Shown one piece after another: positions 9,840 through 21,698 of a stretch of 64,000 nt of DNA (its first letter is position 1; the number at the start of each line of letters is the position of its first letter). Origin of the DNA: Gammaproteobacteria bacterium (GTDB taxonomy: Bacteria; Pseudomonadota; Gammaproteobacteria; Natronospirales; JAIVGZ01). A program made the position numbers and the translations under genes. The stretch spans positions 33,085-97,084 of the forward strand of contig JBBEAN010000003.1 of assembly GCA_040882865.1 (NCBI GenBank). The letters run 5' to 3'. The notes beneath the pieces were generated by a model that was not told the origin of the DNA, made no database searches, and saw nothing but the letters and a program-made list of their open reading frames with translations.

Positions 9840-10336
9840 TCGGTCAGCCCTGGCAAAAAAAACTCACTGACAACCAATGGCTCACCGTCGAGGCGGAAGA
9901 CGGACCGTCGCCCCCAGAGCGGCGGTTCGCCTTCCCTGCATACGACCTCGATCGGTCCGCGCGTCATCGCGGGATGCGCGAACAATGCGTCGCCTAGCGG
10001 TCGCGTACCTAGGCTCGCAAGCGAGCGCCCCGCGCCGGCGAGCGTCGAGCGCGGAAGCACGGACCGCGCCGAAATCCACGCAGCGTCGCCGCACCGCAGT
10101 TCGACCTCGCGGATACGCGCAGGGGCGCCCGAGACCAGACCCATCGCCATCGCATCCTCGGCATCGAGCGAGCCGTCGCGCTCCGCAATCACGACGAGCG
10201 AGAAAGCGTGGCCGCACGCCGCCTTCACCCGCTCTGTCAGCGAACCGGTCTCGGCGAGCCACGACCACAGCTTCACGGGCACGTGGGAGCGGGCCGAGTC
10301 GTCGAGGGGGAACCAATGGTCACGCATCGCTGTCAT
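9827..10336 (-). CDS. ubiC: chorismate pyruvate-lyase
   Basis: 169 aa located immediately upstream of ubiA. It shows a UbiC-like pattern (WLAETGSLTERV ... PLVVSEFFLP). Confidence 0.8.
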   Translation of the reverse strand: MTAMRDHWFPLDDSARSHVPVKLWSWLAETGSLTERVKAACGHAFSLVVIAERDGSLDAEDAMAMGLVSGAPARIREVELRCGDAAWISARSVLPRSTLAGAGRSLASLGTRPLGDALFAHPAMTRGPIEVVCREGEPPLWGRRSVFRLDGEPLVVSEFFLPGLTECAR

Positions 10337-10354
10337 TCTATAAGCTTGTCTACC

Positions 10355-11641
10355 ATGACCGCGATGCTACAGCGCCTGTTCAACGTCCGTCGCGACGAGG
10401 TCATGCCCGTACTGCTGTCCGCCGCGTTCTTTTTCTGCGTGCTCACCGCGCTGATGGTGCTGCGGCCTGCCCGGGAGGCACTCGGCATGCAAAGCGGCAT
10501 CGAAACCGTGCGGTGGCTGTTCATGGGCACCGCGTTGGTCACGATGCTCGTGAATCCGGTGTTCGGACTCATGGTTGCCCGCTTCCGCCGCCTGCAGTTC
10601 ATCACCGGCACGTACGCGTTCTTCGGCGCGAGCCTGCTCGGCTTCTACGCGCTGCTCGTGTTTACGCCGGCCGCCGTCGGCGTGACCAGCGGCCAGGTTT
10701 TCTACGTGTGGTTCAGCGTATTCAACCTGTTCACGACGATGGTGTTCTGGGCGCTGATGGCCGACCGCTTCTCGGTCGAGCAGGCGAAGCGCTTCTTTGC
10801 GTTGATTGCGGCCGGCGGAACACTCGGCGCGATTGCGGGCCCCGCGCTCGCCGCGGTGCTCGCCCGCCCGCTCGGCACCGCGGCGCTGCTGCCGCTGGCA
10901 GCCGGCTTTCTCGCGCTCGCGGTCGTGTTCGCGTGGGCGGTCGTGCAAACCCAGACCGAGCGGCGCGACGATCCCGACGCGCCGCCGGCAATCGATGAGC
11001 GCGAAATCATCGGTGGGAGCGCGTGGGAGGGCTTCCGGGCGGTGTTCCGGTCGCGCTACCTGATGGGCATCGCGGGCTACATCGTGATCCTGACGATCAT
11101 CGCGACATTCATCTACTTCACGCGGCTGCAGATGGTCGCGGCGCTCGGCGAAGACCTCGATCTGCGCACGACCTGGTTCGCGCGCATCGACCTGATCACC
11201 CAGGTCACGACACTGGTCCTTCAGGCGGTGGTCGCCGGCCACCTGATGAAGCGATTCGGGGTGCACATCGTGTTGATGCTGCTGCCCCTGACCGCAGTGC
11301 TGGGCTTCGTCGGGCTCGCAATCGTCGGCTCCTTCACTGTACTGATCGCTTTCGAGGCTGCGTTCCGCGCGGTCCAGCGTGCGCTGACACGGCCGGCGCG
11401 GGAGACGCTGTTCACCGTGGTCGGCCGGGAAGACAAGTACAAGTCGAAAGCATTCATCGACACGTTCATCTACCGCGGCGGCGACGTGATTGGCGCGCAG
11501 ACTGAAGGCCTGTTGGCAAAGCTCGGCCTCGGTCTGGCGGGGCTCGCCAGCGTCGCGATTCCGCTCGCACTCGTATGGGCCGCGCTCGGGCTCTGGCTCG
11601 GCCGCGCACAAAACCGAAGGAAGGAGATACAAACGACATGA
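10355..11641 (+). CDS. MFS-type transporter of the TLC (ATP/ADP translocase, Npt1/Npt2)-like family
   Basis: About 428 aa and 11-12 TM helices. The N-terminus LFNVRRDEVMPVLLSAAFFFCVLTALMVLRPAREAL resembles the conserved start of TLC-family carriers. I trimmed it to ATG 10355 because the upstream part of the track ORF is antisense to ubiC. Confidence 0.55.
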   Translation: MTAMLQRLFNVRRDEVMPVLLSAAFFFCVLTALMVLRPAREALGMQSGIETVRWLFMGTALVTMLVNPVFGLMVARFRRLQFITGTYAFFGASLLGFYALLVFTPAAVGVTSGQVFYVWFSVFNLFTTMVFWALMADRFSVEQAKRFFALIAAGGTLGAIAGPALAAVLARPLGTAALLPLAAGFLALAVVFAWAVVQTQTERRDDPDAPPAIDEREIIGGSAWEGFRAVFRSRYLMGIAGYIVILTIIATFIYFTRLQMVAALGEDLDLRTTWFARIDLITQVTTLVLQAVVAGHLMKRFGVHIVLMLLPLTAVLGFVGLAIVGSFTVLIAFEAAFRAVQRALTRPARETLFTVVGREDKYKSKAFIDTFIYRGGDVIGAQTEGLLAKLGLGLAGLASVAIPLALVWAALGLWLGRAQNRRKEIQTT

Positions 11642-12603
11642 TCACCCGACGCGAATACCTGAAGCTGTCACTCGCCGCCGGCGCCGCACTCGCCGTCGGA
11701 CCCAGTCTGCTGCTCGCCAACCCCGGCCATGGCGCGCGCCGCGGCGAACTCATGACGCGCGTGATTCCGTCGTCGGGCGAGCGCATCTCCGTCGTGGGCC
11801 TCGGCAGTTCCGCGACCTTCGCGCAGGTGGCGCGTAGCGAGGACGTCAGCGCACTGCGCGAAGTGTTCAGCGCGATGCTCGAGAACGGTGGCACGGTGTT
11901 CGACACGGCGCCAGCGTACGGCGCATCCGAGGCGGTGTCCGGCCAGATCGCCAAGGAGCTCGGGTTGACCGACCGCATCTTCTGGGCGACGAAGTTGAAC
12001 GTCGCGCGAGGCCCTGGCGGCAACGCCGACCCGCTGGCCGCGCGTGCGCAACTGCAAACCTCGTTCGAGCGCATCGGCAAGGATCCGGTCGACCTCGTCC
12101 AGGTTCACAGCCTCGGAGACATCCCGACCCAGCTGCCGATTCTCAAGGAAGCAAAGGAAGCCGGCAAGTTGCGGTACGTCGGGGTGACGACGACGTCGCC
12201 CAGCCAGTACGACCAACTCATCGAGCTGATGCGCCGCGAGCGCCTTGACTTCATCGGCATCGATTACGCAATCGACAACCGCACCATCGAATCGACGATC
12301 CTGCCGCTCGCGCAGGAGCGTGGAACCGCGGTCATGGTGTACGTGCCGTTCGGTCGCACGCGCCTTTGGAACCGCGTCCGCGGGCGCGACGTGCCCGACT
12401 GGGCGGCCGAGTTCGACGCGACGTCGTGGGCACAGTTCTTCATCAAGTTTGCGCTGTCGCACGCGGCGGTCACGGTCGTCACACCGGCAACGAGCCAGGC
12501 GCGCCACATGGCGGACAACATGGGCGCTGCGTACGGGCGTCTCCCCGATCAGGCGATGCGCGCGCGGATGATTGCGCACATCGACGCGTTGCCCGCCGCA
12601 TAA
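11638..12603 (+). CDS. aldo/keto reductase with twin-arginine (Tat) signal
   Basis: MITRREYLKLSLAAGAALAVGPSLLLA is a Tat-type signal, followed by an AKR fold (FDTAPAYG ... VQVHSL). Its ATG overlaps the transporter stop (ATGA). Confidence 0.8.
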   Translation: MITRREYLKLSLAAGAALAVGPSLLLANPGHGARRGELMTRVIPSSGERISVVGLGSSATFAQVARSEDVSALREVFSAMLENGGTVFDTAPAYGASEAVSGQIAKELGLTDRIFWATKLNVARGPGGNADPLAARAQLQTSFERIGKDPVDLVQVHSLGDIPTQLPILKEAKEAGKLRYVGVTTTSPSQYDQLIELMRRERLDFIGIDYAIDNRTIESTILPLAQERGTAVMVYVPFGRTRLWNRVRGRDVPDWAAEFDATSWAQFFIKFALSHAAVTVVTPATSQARHMADNMGAAYGRLPDQAMRARMIAHIDALPAA

Positions 12604-12606
12604 ATC

Positions 12607-13219
12607 GTGCGCTTCTTAACGGTTGTCGCAACCTGCGTCGCGCTTGCGGGCTGCAGCGACGCGCCGCAGTACGAGCCGCTTCCGGCCGGCACGGTCGTTC
12701 TCGCGTTCGGCGACAGCGTGACGCACGGCACCGGCGCACGCGACGGCGAGGACTACCCGACGCATCTCGCGCAGCTCACCGGCTGGGAGGTCATCAATGC
12801 AGGCATCCCCGGCGACACGGCAAAACGGGCGGCCAACCGCATCCACGACGAGCTCGCGCGCATCCGGCCTGTCGTCGCCATCATCGAGCTGGGCGGCAAC
12901 GACTTCTTGCGCCGTCGACCCCAGTCGTTGGTGAAAGAGGACTTGCGCACGATCATCAACGCCACGCGGGCAGCGGGTGCGATTCCGGTTCTCGTCGCCG
13001 TGCCTGGGGCCTCTCTGTTCGGTGCCGCGACGGGCAGCCTCAGCGACGCGCCGATTTACGCGGAACTCGCTGACGAAGAACGCGTCCTGTTGATCGACGA
13101 CGTGTTCGTCGACGTGCTTTCAGACGACGCGCTGCGAGCGGATCGCATCCACCCGAATGCGGCCGGGTACCGCGTGTTCGCGACCGGCGTCGCCGACGCG
13201 CTCGCGCGCGCGGGCCTCG

Positions 13220-13230
<11 letters not shown>
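12607..13230 (+). CDS. SGNH/GDSL hydrolase lipoprotein (arylesterase/TesA-like)
   Basis: GTG start, lipobox VALAGC, block I FGDSVTHG, block II LGGNDF and block V DRIHP. Confidence 0.85.
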
Positions 13231-15304
<2,074 letters not shown>

Positions 15305-15307
15305 GCG

Positions 15308-15694
15308 TCAGCCCCGCGGCAGCACCATCACCGCGTCGACCTCGACTTGGGCGCCTTTCGGCAGCGCCGATACGCCGACCGCCGCGCGCGCCGGGTAGGG
15401 CTGCGCAAAATGCGCGGCCATGATTTCGTTGACCCTCGCGAAGTTCCCGAGATCCGTGAGGTACACGTTCAGCTTCACGATGTCGTTCAGCGACCCGCCG
15501 GCCGCCTTCGCGACCGCGTCGAGATTGTCGAAAACGCGCCGGATCTGGATGTCGATCGAACCCGTCACGAGTTCCATCGTCTTCGGATCGAGCGGAATCT
15601 GGCCCGATAGGTACACAGTGTCGCCGGCGCGCACGGCCTGTGAATAGGTGCCGATCGCCGCAGGCGCTTTATCGGTCTGAATTATTTTCTTCAT
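15308..15694 (-). CDS. ridA: RidA family reactive-intermediate/imine deaminase
   Basis: 128-aa YjgF/RidA pattern: [13 protein letters not shown] ... [22 protein letters not shown]. Confidence 0.92.
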   Translation of the reverse strand: MKKIIQTDKAPAAIGTYSQAVRAGDTVYLSGQIPLDPKTMELVTGSIDIQIRRVFDNLDAVAKAAGGSLNDIVKLNVYLTDLGNFARVNEIMAAHFAQPYPARAAVGVSALPKGAQVEVDAVMVLPRG

Positions 15695-16133
15695 GGGGTC
15701 CCGATATTACAGAATTTACGCACTGCGCCACCTGATGAGCACTCGTGCCTCCGCCGAGAATGATGCATCGCCGGACCGCGCCGGCATGACGCGCGAACGA
15801 CGCCTCGGTTTCCCCGCCGAAATGGGTCGAAGCCTCGATTGCCTCAGCCGTCTGCAGGGCAAGCTTCAACGACTCCGGGTCACGGACCCGTGCGTGGAGG
15901 TGGCCCACATTAACGGTCTGCAGATTGACGCGGCGGATTAGCTGTGCACGGACGGCCTCCGGCGGCTGGTCGACCAACAGCGCCACATCGGACGCCCAGC
16001 GAACAATCTCGTCGTCCCCCACATCGTGCCCCGCGCTCAGCCTCCAGAGCGTGGCGCCGCTGCCGATTGTAAGCCCGACAATTGCCCCAATAGCCGCGCA
16101 CATGACGTTGCGTTTAATTTGCGTATCGGCCAT
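15669..16133 (-). CDS. hypothetical membrane-anchored protein
   Basis: 154-aa ORF that fills the 448-bp gap between spoT and ridA. It has one N-terminal TM helix ([21 protein letters not shown]), and I recognise no family. Third-position GC is only moderate, and it overlaps the ridA start by 26 nt. Confidence 0.4.
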   Translation of the reverse strand: MADTQIKRNVMCAAIGAIVGLTIGSGATLWRLSAGHDVGDDEIVRWASDVALLVDQPPEAVRAQLIRRVNLQTVNVGHLHARVRDPESLKLALQTAEAIEASTHFGGETEASFARHAGAVRRCIILGGGTSAHQVAQCVNSVISGPHEENNSDR

Positions 16134-16142
16134 TCCTGCAAA

Positions 16143-18311
16143 TCAGCCTCGTGTCCTTTGGATTTTCAGCACCGAGGGCAGGTGCCGAATCCTTCGCATT
16201 ATATTCGCGAGGTGCTTTCGGTCACGGACTTCGAGCAGGAATACCATCGTCGCTGTCTGGTCGTCGTGCTCGTTGACCTGCACGCGCTCGATGTTCGAGC
16301 CGAAATCCGCGATTTCGGCCGCGACCGTCGCGAGTACGCCGCGCTGGTTCGCGGTATCGATGCGGATCTCGACCGGAAAGGTGCGGTCGATGTCCGTGTC
16401 CCATTGAACCTGCACCCACTTGTCGGGTTGCTTGCGGAATTCGGCGACGGCCGGACAGTCATCGTGGTGGATCACGATGCCCTTGCCCGACGACAGGAAG
16501 CCGAGGATCGGGTCGCCGGGAATCGGGCGGCAGCAGCCCGGGAAACTCACGACCATTCCTTCAGTGCCGCGGATCGACAGCGGCCCGGTTGCGCGGTTCG
16601 TGGCGCCGTCGCTGCCCTCGGTGACGGGCACCAGACGGCGCGCGACGAGCGCGGCGCTGCGCTCACCGAGCCCGATCGCTTCGAGCAGTTGCTCGACCGT
16701 GCCCATGCGCAACGACTGCAGCGTCTCGTCGAGCAGCGCGGGCGGGACTTTGTCGAACTTGACCTGATAATCAGCGAGCGCACGGTCGAGCAGCCGTCTG
16801 CCGAGCAATACCGCTTCGTCCCCGTGCAACTGTTTCAGGAAGTTGCGCACGTTCGCGCGCGCTTTTGCCGTCACGACGAAGTCGAGCCATTGCGGGTTCG
16901 GCCGCGCGAGCGTGTTCGTGATGATCTCGACCGTCTGGCCATTCACGAGTTGGGTGCGAAGCGGCACCAAACGGCGGTCGATTTTCGCCGCCACGCAAGT
17001 GTTGCCGATGTCGCTATGGACCGCGTACGCAAAATCGACCGCGGTCGCGCCGCGCGGCAGCCGGCGGATATCACCCTGCGGCGTGAATACGTAGACCTCG
17101 TCGGGAAACAGGTCCACACGCACGCTCTCGAGGAATTCCTGCGAAGTGCCCGCACCCTTCTGCATCTCGAGGAGGTTCTTCAGCCACTCGCGGGCGCGAA
17201 GCTGGGGCGCATGCGCGAGTTCGTCACCCTCTTTGTACTGCCAGTGCGCGGCGATTCCGGCTTCCGCGACGCGATCCATGTCTGTCGTCCGAATCTGGAC
17301 TTCAAGCGGTAGCCCCTGCGGGCCGAGCATCGTCGTGTGCAGCGCCTGATAGCCATTCGACTTAGGGATCGCGATGTAGTCCTTGAACCGGCCGGGAACC
17401 GGCTTGTACGTGCCGTGCACGAGCCCGAGCGCGCGGTAACAAGTGTCGACGCGGTCAACGACGAGGCGGAAACCGAAAACATCGAGCACCTCTTCGAACG
17501 CGAGGTTCTTCACCCGCATCTTCTCGTACAGCGACCACATATGCTTCTCGCGACCGAGCACCTGCGCGTCGATGCCCTCCTGCTTCAGCGTCTTCTTCAG
17601 CGTCGAACTGACCTTGCGCAACACTTCCTTCTGGTGGCCGCGCGCGCGCTTCACCGCGCGCTGCAATACCTTGTAGCGCACCGGGTACATCGAGCGGAAA
17701 CACAGGTCCTCGAGCTCGACGCGGACCTGGTGCATACCGAGCCGGTGCGCAATCGGTGCGTAGATATCGAGCGTCTCGCGAGCGATGCGGCGGCGCTTCG
17801 GCGGCGGCATCACGCCGAGCGTTCGCATGTTGTGCAAGCGGTCCGCGAGCTTTATCAGGATGACGCGCAGATCCTGCGTCATCGCGAGGACCATCTTGCG
17901 GAAGTTCTCGGCTTGCGCTTCGGCCTTGTCCCGGAACTTGATCTGCGTGAGCTTGCTCACGCCGTCAACGAGCTGCGCGACCTCGTCGCCGAACTCTTCA
18001 GCGACCTGTTCCTTCGCCGTCGGCGTGTCCTCAATCACGTCATGCAGGATTGCAGCGATGATGCTGCGGTGGTCCATGTGCAACTCGGCGAGGATGCCGG
18101 CGACCGCGATTGGATGGGAGATGTACGGCTCGCCCGACAACCGTTGCTGGCCCTCGTGCGCTTGTGCGCCGAACAGGTATGCACGATGGACTTCCTCGAC
18201 CTGTGCGGGGGTAAGGTAGGTCGAGAGCTTCGTCAGCAGGTCGTTTTCGCCCAGCGAGCGCCAGCCCGCGAAGCGCATCATCCTGCCGAGTTTTGAGGAG
18301 GTGGCGGACAT
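16143..18311 (-). CDS. spoT: bifunctional (p)ppGpp synthetase/hydrolase
   Basis: 722 aa with an HD hydrolase domain (HDVIEDT), a RelA/SpoT synthetase domain and TGS and ACT regions. It lies directly downstream of rpoZ. Confidence 0.95.
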   Translation of the reverse strand: MSATSSKLGRMMRFAGWRSLGENDLLTKLSTYLTPAQVEEVHRAYLFGAQAHEGQQRLSGEPYISHPIAVAGILAELHMDHRSIIAAILHDVIEDTPTAKEQVAEEFGDEVAQLVDGVSKLTQIKFRDKAEAQAENFRKMVLAMTQDLRVILIKLADRLHNMRTLGVMPPPKRRRIARETLDIYAPIAHRLGMHQVRVELEDLCFRSMYPVRYKVLQRAVKRARGHQKEVLRKVSSTLKKTLKQEGIDAQVLGREKHMWSLYEKMRVKNLAFEEVLDVFGFRLVVDRVDTCYRALGLVHGTYKPVPGRFKDYIAIPKSNGYQALHTTMLGPQGLPLEVQIRTTDMDRVAEAGIAAHWQYKEGDELAHAPQLRAREWLKNLLEMQKGAGTSQEFLESVRVDLFPDEVYVFTPQGDIRRLPRGATAVDFAYAVHSDIGNTCVAAKIDRRLVPLRTQLVNGQTVEIITNTLARPNPQWLDFVVTAKARANVRNFLKQLHGDEAVLLGRRLLDRALADYQVKFDKVPPALLDETLQSLRMGTVEQLLEAIGLGERSAALVARRLVPVTEGSDGATNRATGPLSIRGTEGMVVSFPGCCRPIPGDPILGFLSSGKGIVIHHDDCPAVAEFRKQPDKWVQVQWDTDIDRTFPVEIRIDTANQRGVLATVAAEIADFGSNIERVQVNEHDDQTATMVFLLEVRDRKHLANIMRRIRHLPSVLKIQRTRG

Positions 18312-18337
18312 GGCGTGTCTAGCCCGCCGTGGCGTGA

Positions 18338-18697
18338 TCAGTCGTCCGTCGAGTCGTCGTCGAGCTTAACGGCTGGCTTCGGCGCATCCTCGTCGTCGTC
18401 ATCGTCGGCGACCATCTGTCGCGCGAATTCGGCGGCAAGTTCGGCCGTAAGGTCGAGACCGGCGTCGGCGGCGGGCTGCTCCTGGACCGACGGACCATCC
18501 TGCTCGTTCAGCACGTCGCGGCCAACGAAGCCTTCGGCGACTTCGCGCAGCGCAAGCACCGTCGGCTTGTCATTCTCCCACGGCAGGTGCGCCTCAGCGC
18601 CCCGGCTCAGCTGGCGGGCGCGCTTGGTGGCGACCAGTACGAGCTGAAAACGGTTATCGACATTTTCCAGGCAATCTTCCACGGTAATACGGGCCAT
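18338..18697 (-). CDS. rpoZ: DNA-directed RNA polymerase subunit omega
   Basis: [30 protein letters not shown] is the canonical RpoZ N-terminus, followed by an acidic tail. Confidence 0.96.
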   Translation of the reverse strand: MARITVEDCLENVDNRFQLVLVATKRARQLSRGAEAHLPWENDKPTVLALREVAEGFVGRDVLNEQDGPSVQEQPAADAGLDLTAELAAEFARQMVADDDDDEDAPKPAVKLDDDSTDD

Positions 18698-18735
18698 CTG
18701 GGCGTTTCTCTCAATCGTTGATGCGGCTGCGAATC

Positions 18736-19356
18736 TTAACCCGCAAGCAGTCCGGCCACCAGCCCCGGCAGGTCCGGCCGCTCGCGCCGGCTGGTTTCGC
18801 CATCGCCCGCGAGGATGCGCTCCAACGACTCCAGCGCGAGGTCGAAACGGTCATTGACGACCACATAATCGAACTCGTCCCAGTGGGCAATATCCGCCGA
18901 GGCGTCGCGGAGGCGCCGCGCGATCACGTCATCGGTGTCCTGGGCACGCTTACGCAGCCGCCGCTCGAGCTCCTGGCGCGACGGCGGCAGGATGAATATT
19001 CCCGTGCAATCCGGCATGCGCGCGCGCACTTGTCGCGCGCCCTGCCAGTCAATTTCGAGAATCACGTCGTGGCCGGCGTCCCGGAGCGTCTCAACCGCAG
19101 CGCGGGTCGTCCCGTACCAGTTGTCGAAGACCTGCGCATGCTCGAGGAACGCACCAGCGTCGACCATTGCCTGGAATTCGTCTTTGTTTACAAAGTGATA
19201 GTCGACACCATCGACTTCCAGCGGGCGCTTGGGTCGCGTGGTGGTGGACACCGAGAAGCGACGATTCTTGTCGGCGACGAGAAGCGCCTTCACAAGGCTG
19301 GTCTTGCCAGCGCCGGAGGGTGCGGCAATCACAAACAGCTGTCCCGCCTTACTCAA
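18736..19356 (-). CDS. gmk: guanylate kinase
   Basis: P-loop [10 protein letters not shown] and the [19 protein letters not shown] motif. The start codon in the track is TTG, and it overlaps the yicC end by 8 nt. Confidence 0.93.
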   Translation of the reverse strand: MSKAGQLFVIAAPSGAGKTSLVKALLVADKNRRFSVSTTTRPKRPLEVDGVDYHFVNKDEFQAMVDAGAFLEHAQVFDNWYGTTRAAVETLRDAGHDVILEIDWQGARQVRARMPDCTGIFILPPSRQELERRLRKRAQDTDDVIARRLRDASADIAHWDEFDYVVVNDRFDLALESLERILAGDGETSRRERPDLPGLVAGLLAG

Positions 19357-20215
19357 GATTCTGGACCTGTTCCCGGATCTGCTCGATCAGCACCTTCAAA
19401 TCGACCGCCGCGCGCGTCGTCTCGGCATCTTGGGCCTTCGAGCCGAGGGTATTCGCTTCGCGATTGAATTCCTGCAATAGGAAGTCGAGCCGTCGGCCGA
19501 CGGGCTCATCACGTCCCAGCACTGCATTCAGCTCGCTGACGTGGGCGTCGAGCCGGTCGAGCTCTTCGGCGACATCGAGCCTTTGCGCCAGGATGACCAA
19601 CTCCTGCTCGAGTCTTGCCGGGTCCGGTGTCGCACCCAGTTCGGCGATTCGCGCCAGAAGTTTGTCTCTTAGCCGTGCGTGCACGGCAGGTAGCCGCGCA
19701 CGCACGCCCTCGACGAGCGCGACGATCTCATCGCCCTTGTCGCGGATCGACGCAGCGATGTGAGCACCCTCGCGTTCCCGCCCCGCGACGAGGTCCGCGA
19801 GCGCCGCCTCGAGCAGCTCGAGCGCCGCCGCGTGCAGCGGCGTCGTGTCGAGCTCGGTCTCCCGCAGCACGCCCGGCCAACGCAACAAATCCAGCGGATT
19901 CAAGGCACCCGAGTCCCCCAACCGACGGGCAACTGCGCCCGCAGCGTCGATTAACTGGGCGAGCAATCCATCATCGAGCGCGAGCGCGGGCGCTTTCCCG
20001 TCGCGGCGGCGGAGGTGCAAACCGAGGTCGATCTTGCCGCGTTTGATGCGCGCCCCGACCACTTCACGGACGCGGGGTTCGAGCGCGCGGCACTCCTCCG
20101 GTAGGCGCAGGGCGAGGTCCAAATGCCGGTGATTGACCGTCCGGGCCTCCCACGAAAGGGTGCCGAACTCGGTGTCGGCTTCCGCTCTCGCGAAGCCAGT
20201 CATGGACAGGGTCAT
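19349..20215 (-). CDS. yicC: YicC family stress-induced protein
   Basis: MTLSMTGFARAE... matches the YicC start (MxxSMTGFAR), and the C-terminal region is DUF1732-like (EEL.RL..H). I trimmed the track ORF (TTG 20290) to ATG 20215. Confidence 0.88.
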   Translation of the reverse strand: MTLSMTGFARAEADTEFGTLSWEARTVNHRHLDLALRLPEECRALEPRVREVVGARIKRGKIDLGLHLRRRDGKAPALALDDGLLAQLIDAAGAVARRLGDSGALNPLDLLRWPGVLRETELDTTPLHAAALELLEAALADLVAGREREGAHIAASIRDKGDEIVALVEGVRARLPAVHARLRDKLLARIAELGATPDPARLEQELVILAQRLDVAEELDRLDAHVSELNAVLGRDEPVGRRLDFLLQEFNREANTLGSKAQDAETTRAAVDLKVLIEQIREQVQNLE

Positions 20216-20240
20216 AACGGGTAAGTTTAAATCAGCGGAC

Positions 20241-20969
20241 ATGGAGACCGAAACCAGCCTCGTTTCCCGCATCGGAAACCGAGAAAGCAATCAGGATCGA
20301 GCCGCCGTTTCCCGCAAAAACGGTGTGACGCTACTGGTGGTCGCCGACGGCATGGGCGGTCACGCGGACGGCGCCGCTGCTGCGCAGGCCGCGGTCGATG
20401 CCGTCGAAGGCGCATTCACCGGCCGCGGTGACCCCGCCAAATTCCTCGCCGACGCGCTACAGGCCGCACACGAGGCAGCCGTCGCTCTCGGTGTCGGCGT
20501 CGCAATCGAGTTGCGGCCGCGCACGACGTGCGTCGCCGCTGTCGTCACGAAGGGCACTGCCTGGTGGGCGCACGTGGGCGACAGTCGCGCGTATTTGGTT
20601 CGCGCGGGCACGACCGAAATCCGAACGCGCGACCACAGCCACGTCGAAGCGCTGATCCAAGCTGGCGAGATCAGCGAGGCCGAAAGCCGGAGCCACCCTT
20701 TGCGCAACCTCGTCGACCGCTGTATCGGCGGCGAGCCCGAGCCCGTCGAAGTGGACGTGCACGGACCCGTCGAGCTCGCCGTCGACGACCTGCTGCTGCT
20801 CTGCAGCGACGGATTCTGGGATGGCCTTAAAATCAGCGCAGCCGCACAATTGTTGGTCGAGGCGCCGTCTCTCGACGTCGCGCTCGAGTCGCTTGCCGAC
20901 GACGCGTGCGCTGCGGCAGCCCCCTACTCGGACAACGCCACCGCCGCCGCGCTCCGCGTGCGCGGCTGA
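20241..20969 (+). CDS. PP2C-family Ser/Thr protein phosphatase
   Basis: Shows RESNQDR ... LLVVADGMGGHADG ... LLLCSDGFWD motifs. I trimmed it to ATG 20241 because the upstream part of the track ORF is antisense to yicC. Confidence 0.85.
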   Translation: METETSLVSRIGNRESNQDRAAVSRKNGVTLLVVADGMGGHADGAAAAQAAVDAVEGAFTGRGDPAKFLADALQAAHEAAVALGVGVAIELRPRTTCVAAVVTKGTAWWAHVGDSRAYLVRAGTTEIRTRDHSHVEALIQAGEISEAESRSHPLRNLVDRCIGGEPEPVEVDVHGPVELAVDDLLLLCSDGFWDGLKISAAAQLLVEAPSLDVALESLADDACAAAAPYSDNATAAALRVRG

Positions 20970-20984
20970 CAACCGGAGTATCAA

Positions 20985-21698
20985 ATGCGACCAAGCAATA
21001 GGGCACCGGACGAACTCCGTCCGGTGAAAATCACCCGCGGGTACACGAAACATGCGGAGGGCTCGGTGCTCGTCGAGTTCGGGGAGACACGGGTGTTGTG
21101 CACCGCGTCCGTCGAATCGCGCACACCCGGTTTCCTGCGCGGGACCGGCCAGGGTTGGGTCACTGCCGAGTACGGGATGTTGCCGCGTGCAACGAACACG
21201 CGCAATGACCGAGAAGCATCACGCGGCAAGCAGGGTGGGCGTACGCTGGAAATCCAGCGCCTGATCGGTCGATCGCTGCGCGCGGTCGTCGATCGCTCGG
21301 CGCTCGGCGAGAACATGATCACGCTCGATTGCGACGTGCTACAGGCGGACGGTGGCACCCGCACCGCCGCGATCACAGGCGCCTACGTCGCGCTCGTGGA
21401 TGCGGTCGCTGCCATGCGCCAGCGCAAGCTGATCACCTCCGATCCGCTACATGGCGCGGTCGCGGCCGTCTCGGTCGGCATCTACCGTGGTGAGCCGGTG
21501 CTCGACCTCGACTACGCCGAGGACAGCGAGGCGGAAACCGACATGAACGTCGTCATGAACGACGCAGGGGGCTTCATCGAAATCCAGGGTACCGCCGAGG
21601 GCCACGCATTCCGGCGTGACGAACTGGACCGACTCCTCGCGCTCGCGACCGATGGCATCGCGAAGCTGATCGAGGCTCAGCGCGCCGCACTTGCATGA
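20985..21698 (+). CDS. rph: ribonuclease PH
   Basis: [33 protein letters not shown] ... is near-canonical RNase PH, and a GGAG lies upstream. Confidence 0.97.
   Translation: MRPSNRAPDELRPVKITRGYTKHAEGSVLVEFGETRVLCTASVESRTPGFLRGTGQGWVTAEYGMLPRATNTRNDREASRGKQGGRTLEIQRLIGRSLRAVVDRSALGENMITLDCDVLQADGGTRTAAITGAYVALVDAVAAMRQRKLITSDPLHGAVAAVSVGIYRGEPVLDLDYAEDSEAETDMNVVMNDAGGFIEIQGTAEGHAFRRDELDRLLALATDGIAKLIEAQRAALA

Noticed and set aside
8232-10343. 703-aa plus-strand ORF, the longest unexplained ORF in the track
   Set aside because: It runs out of frame through the comF 3' end, crosses the REP palindrome, and continues antisense to ubiA and ubiC. Its Arg/Ala/Pro/Ser-rich composition is that of a shadow ORF.
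10367-11632. 421-aa minus-strand ORF
   Set aside because: It is antisense to the 12-TM transporter gene, and the charged, low-complexity translation is implausible as a protein.
16026-18296. Two long plus-strand ORFs (428 aa and 319 aa)
   Set aside because: Both are antisense to spoT, whose identity is certain.
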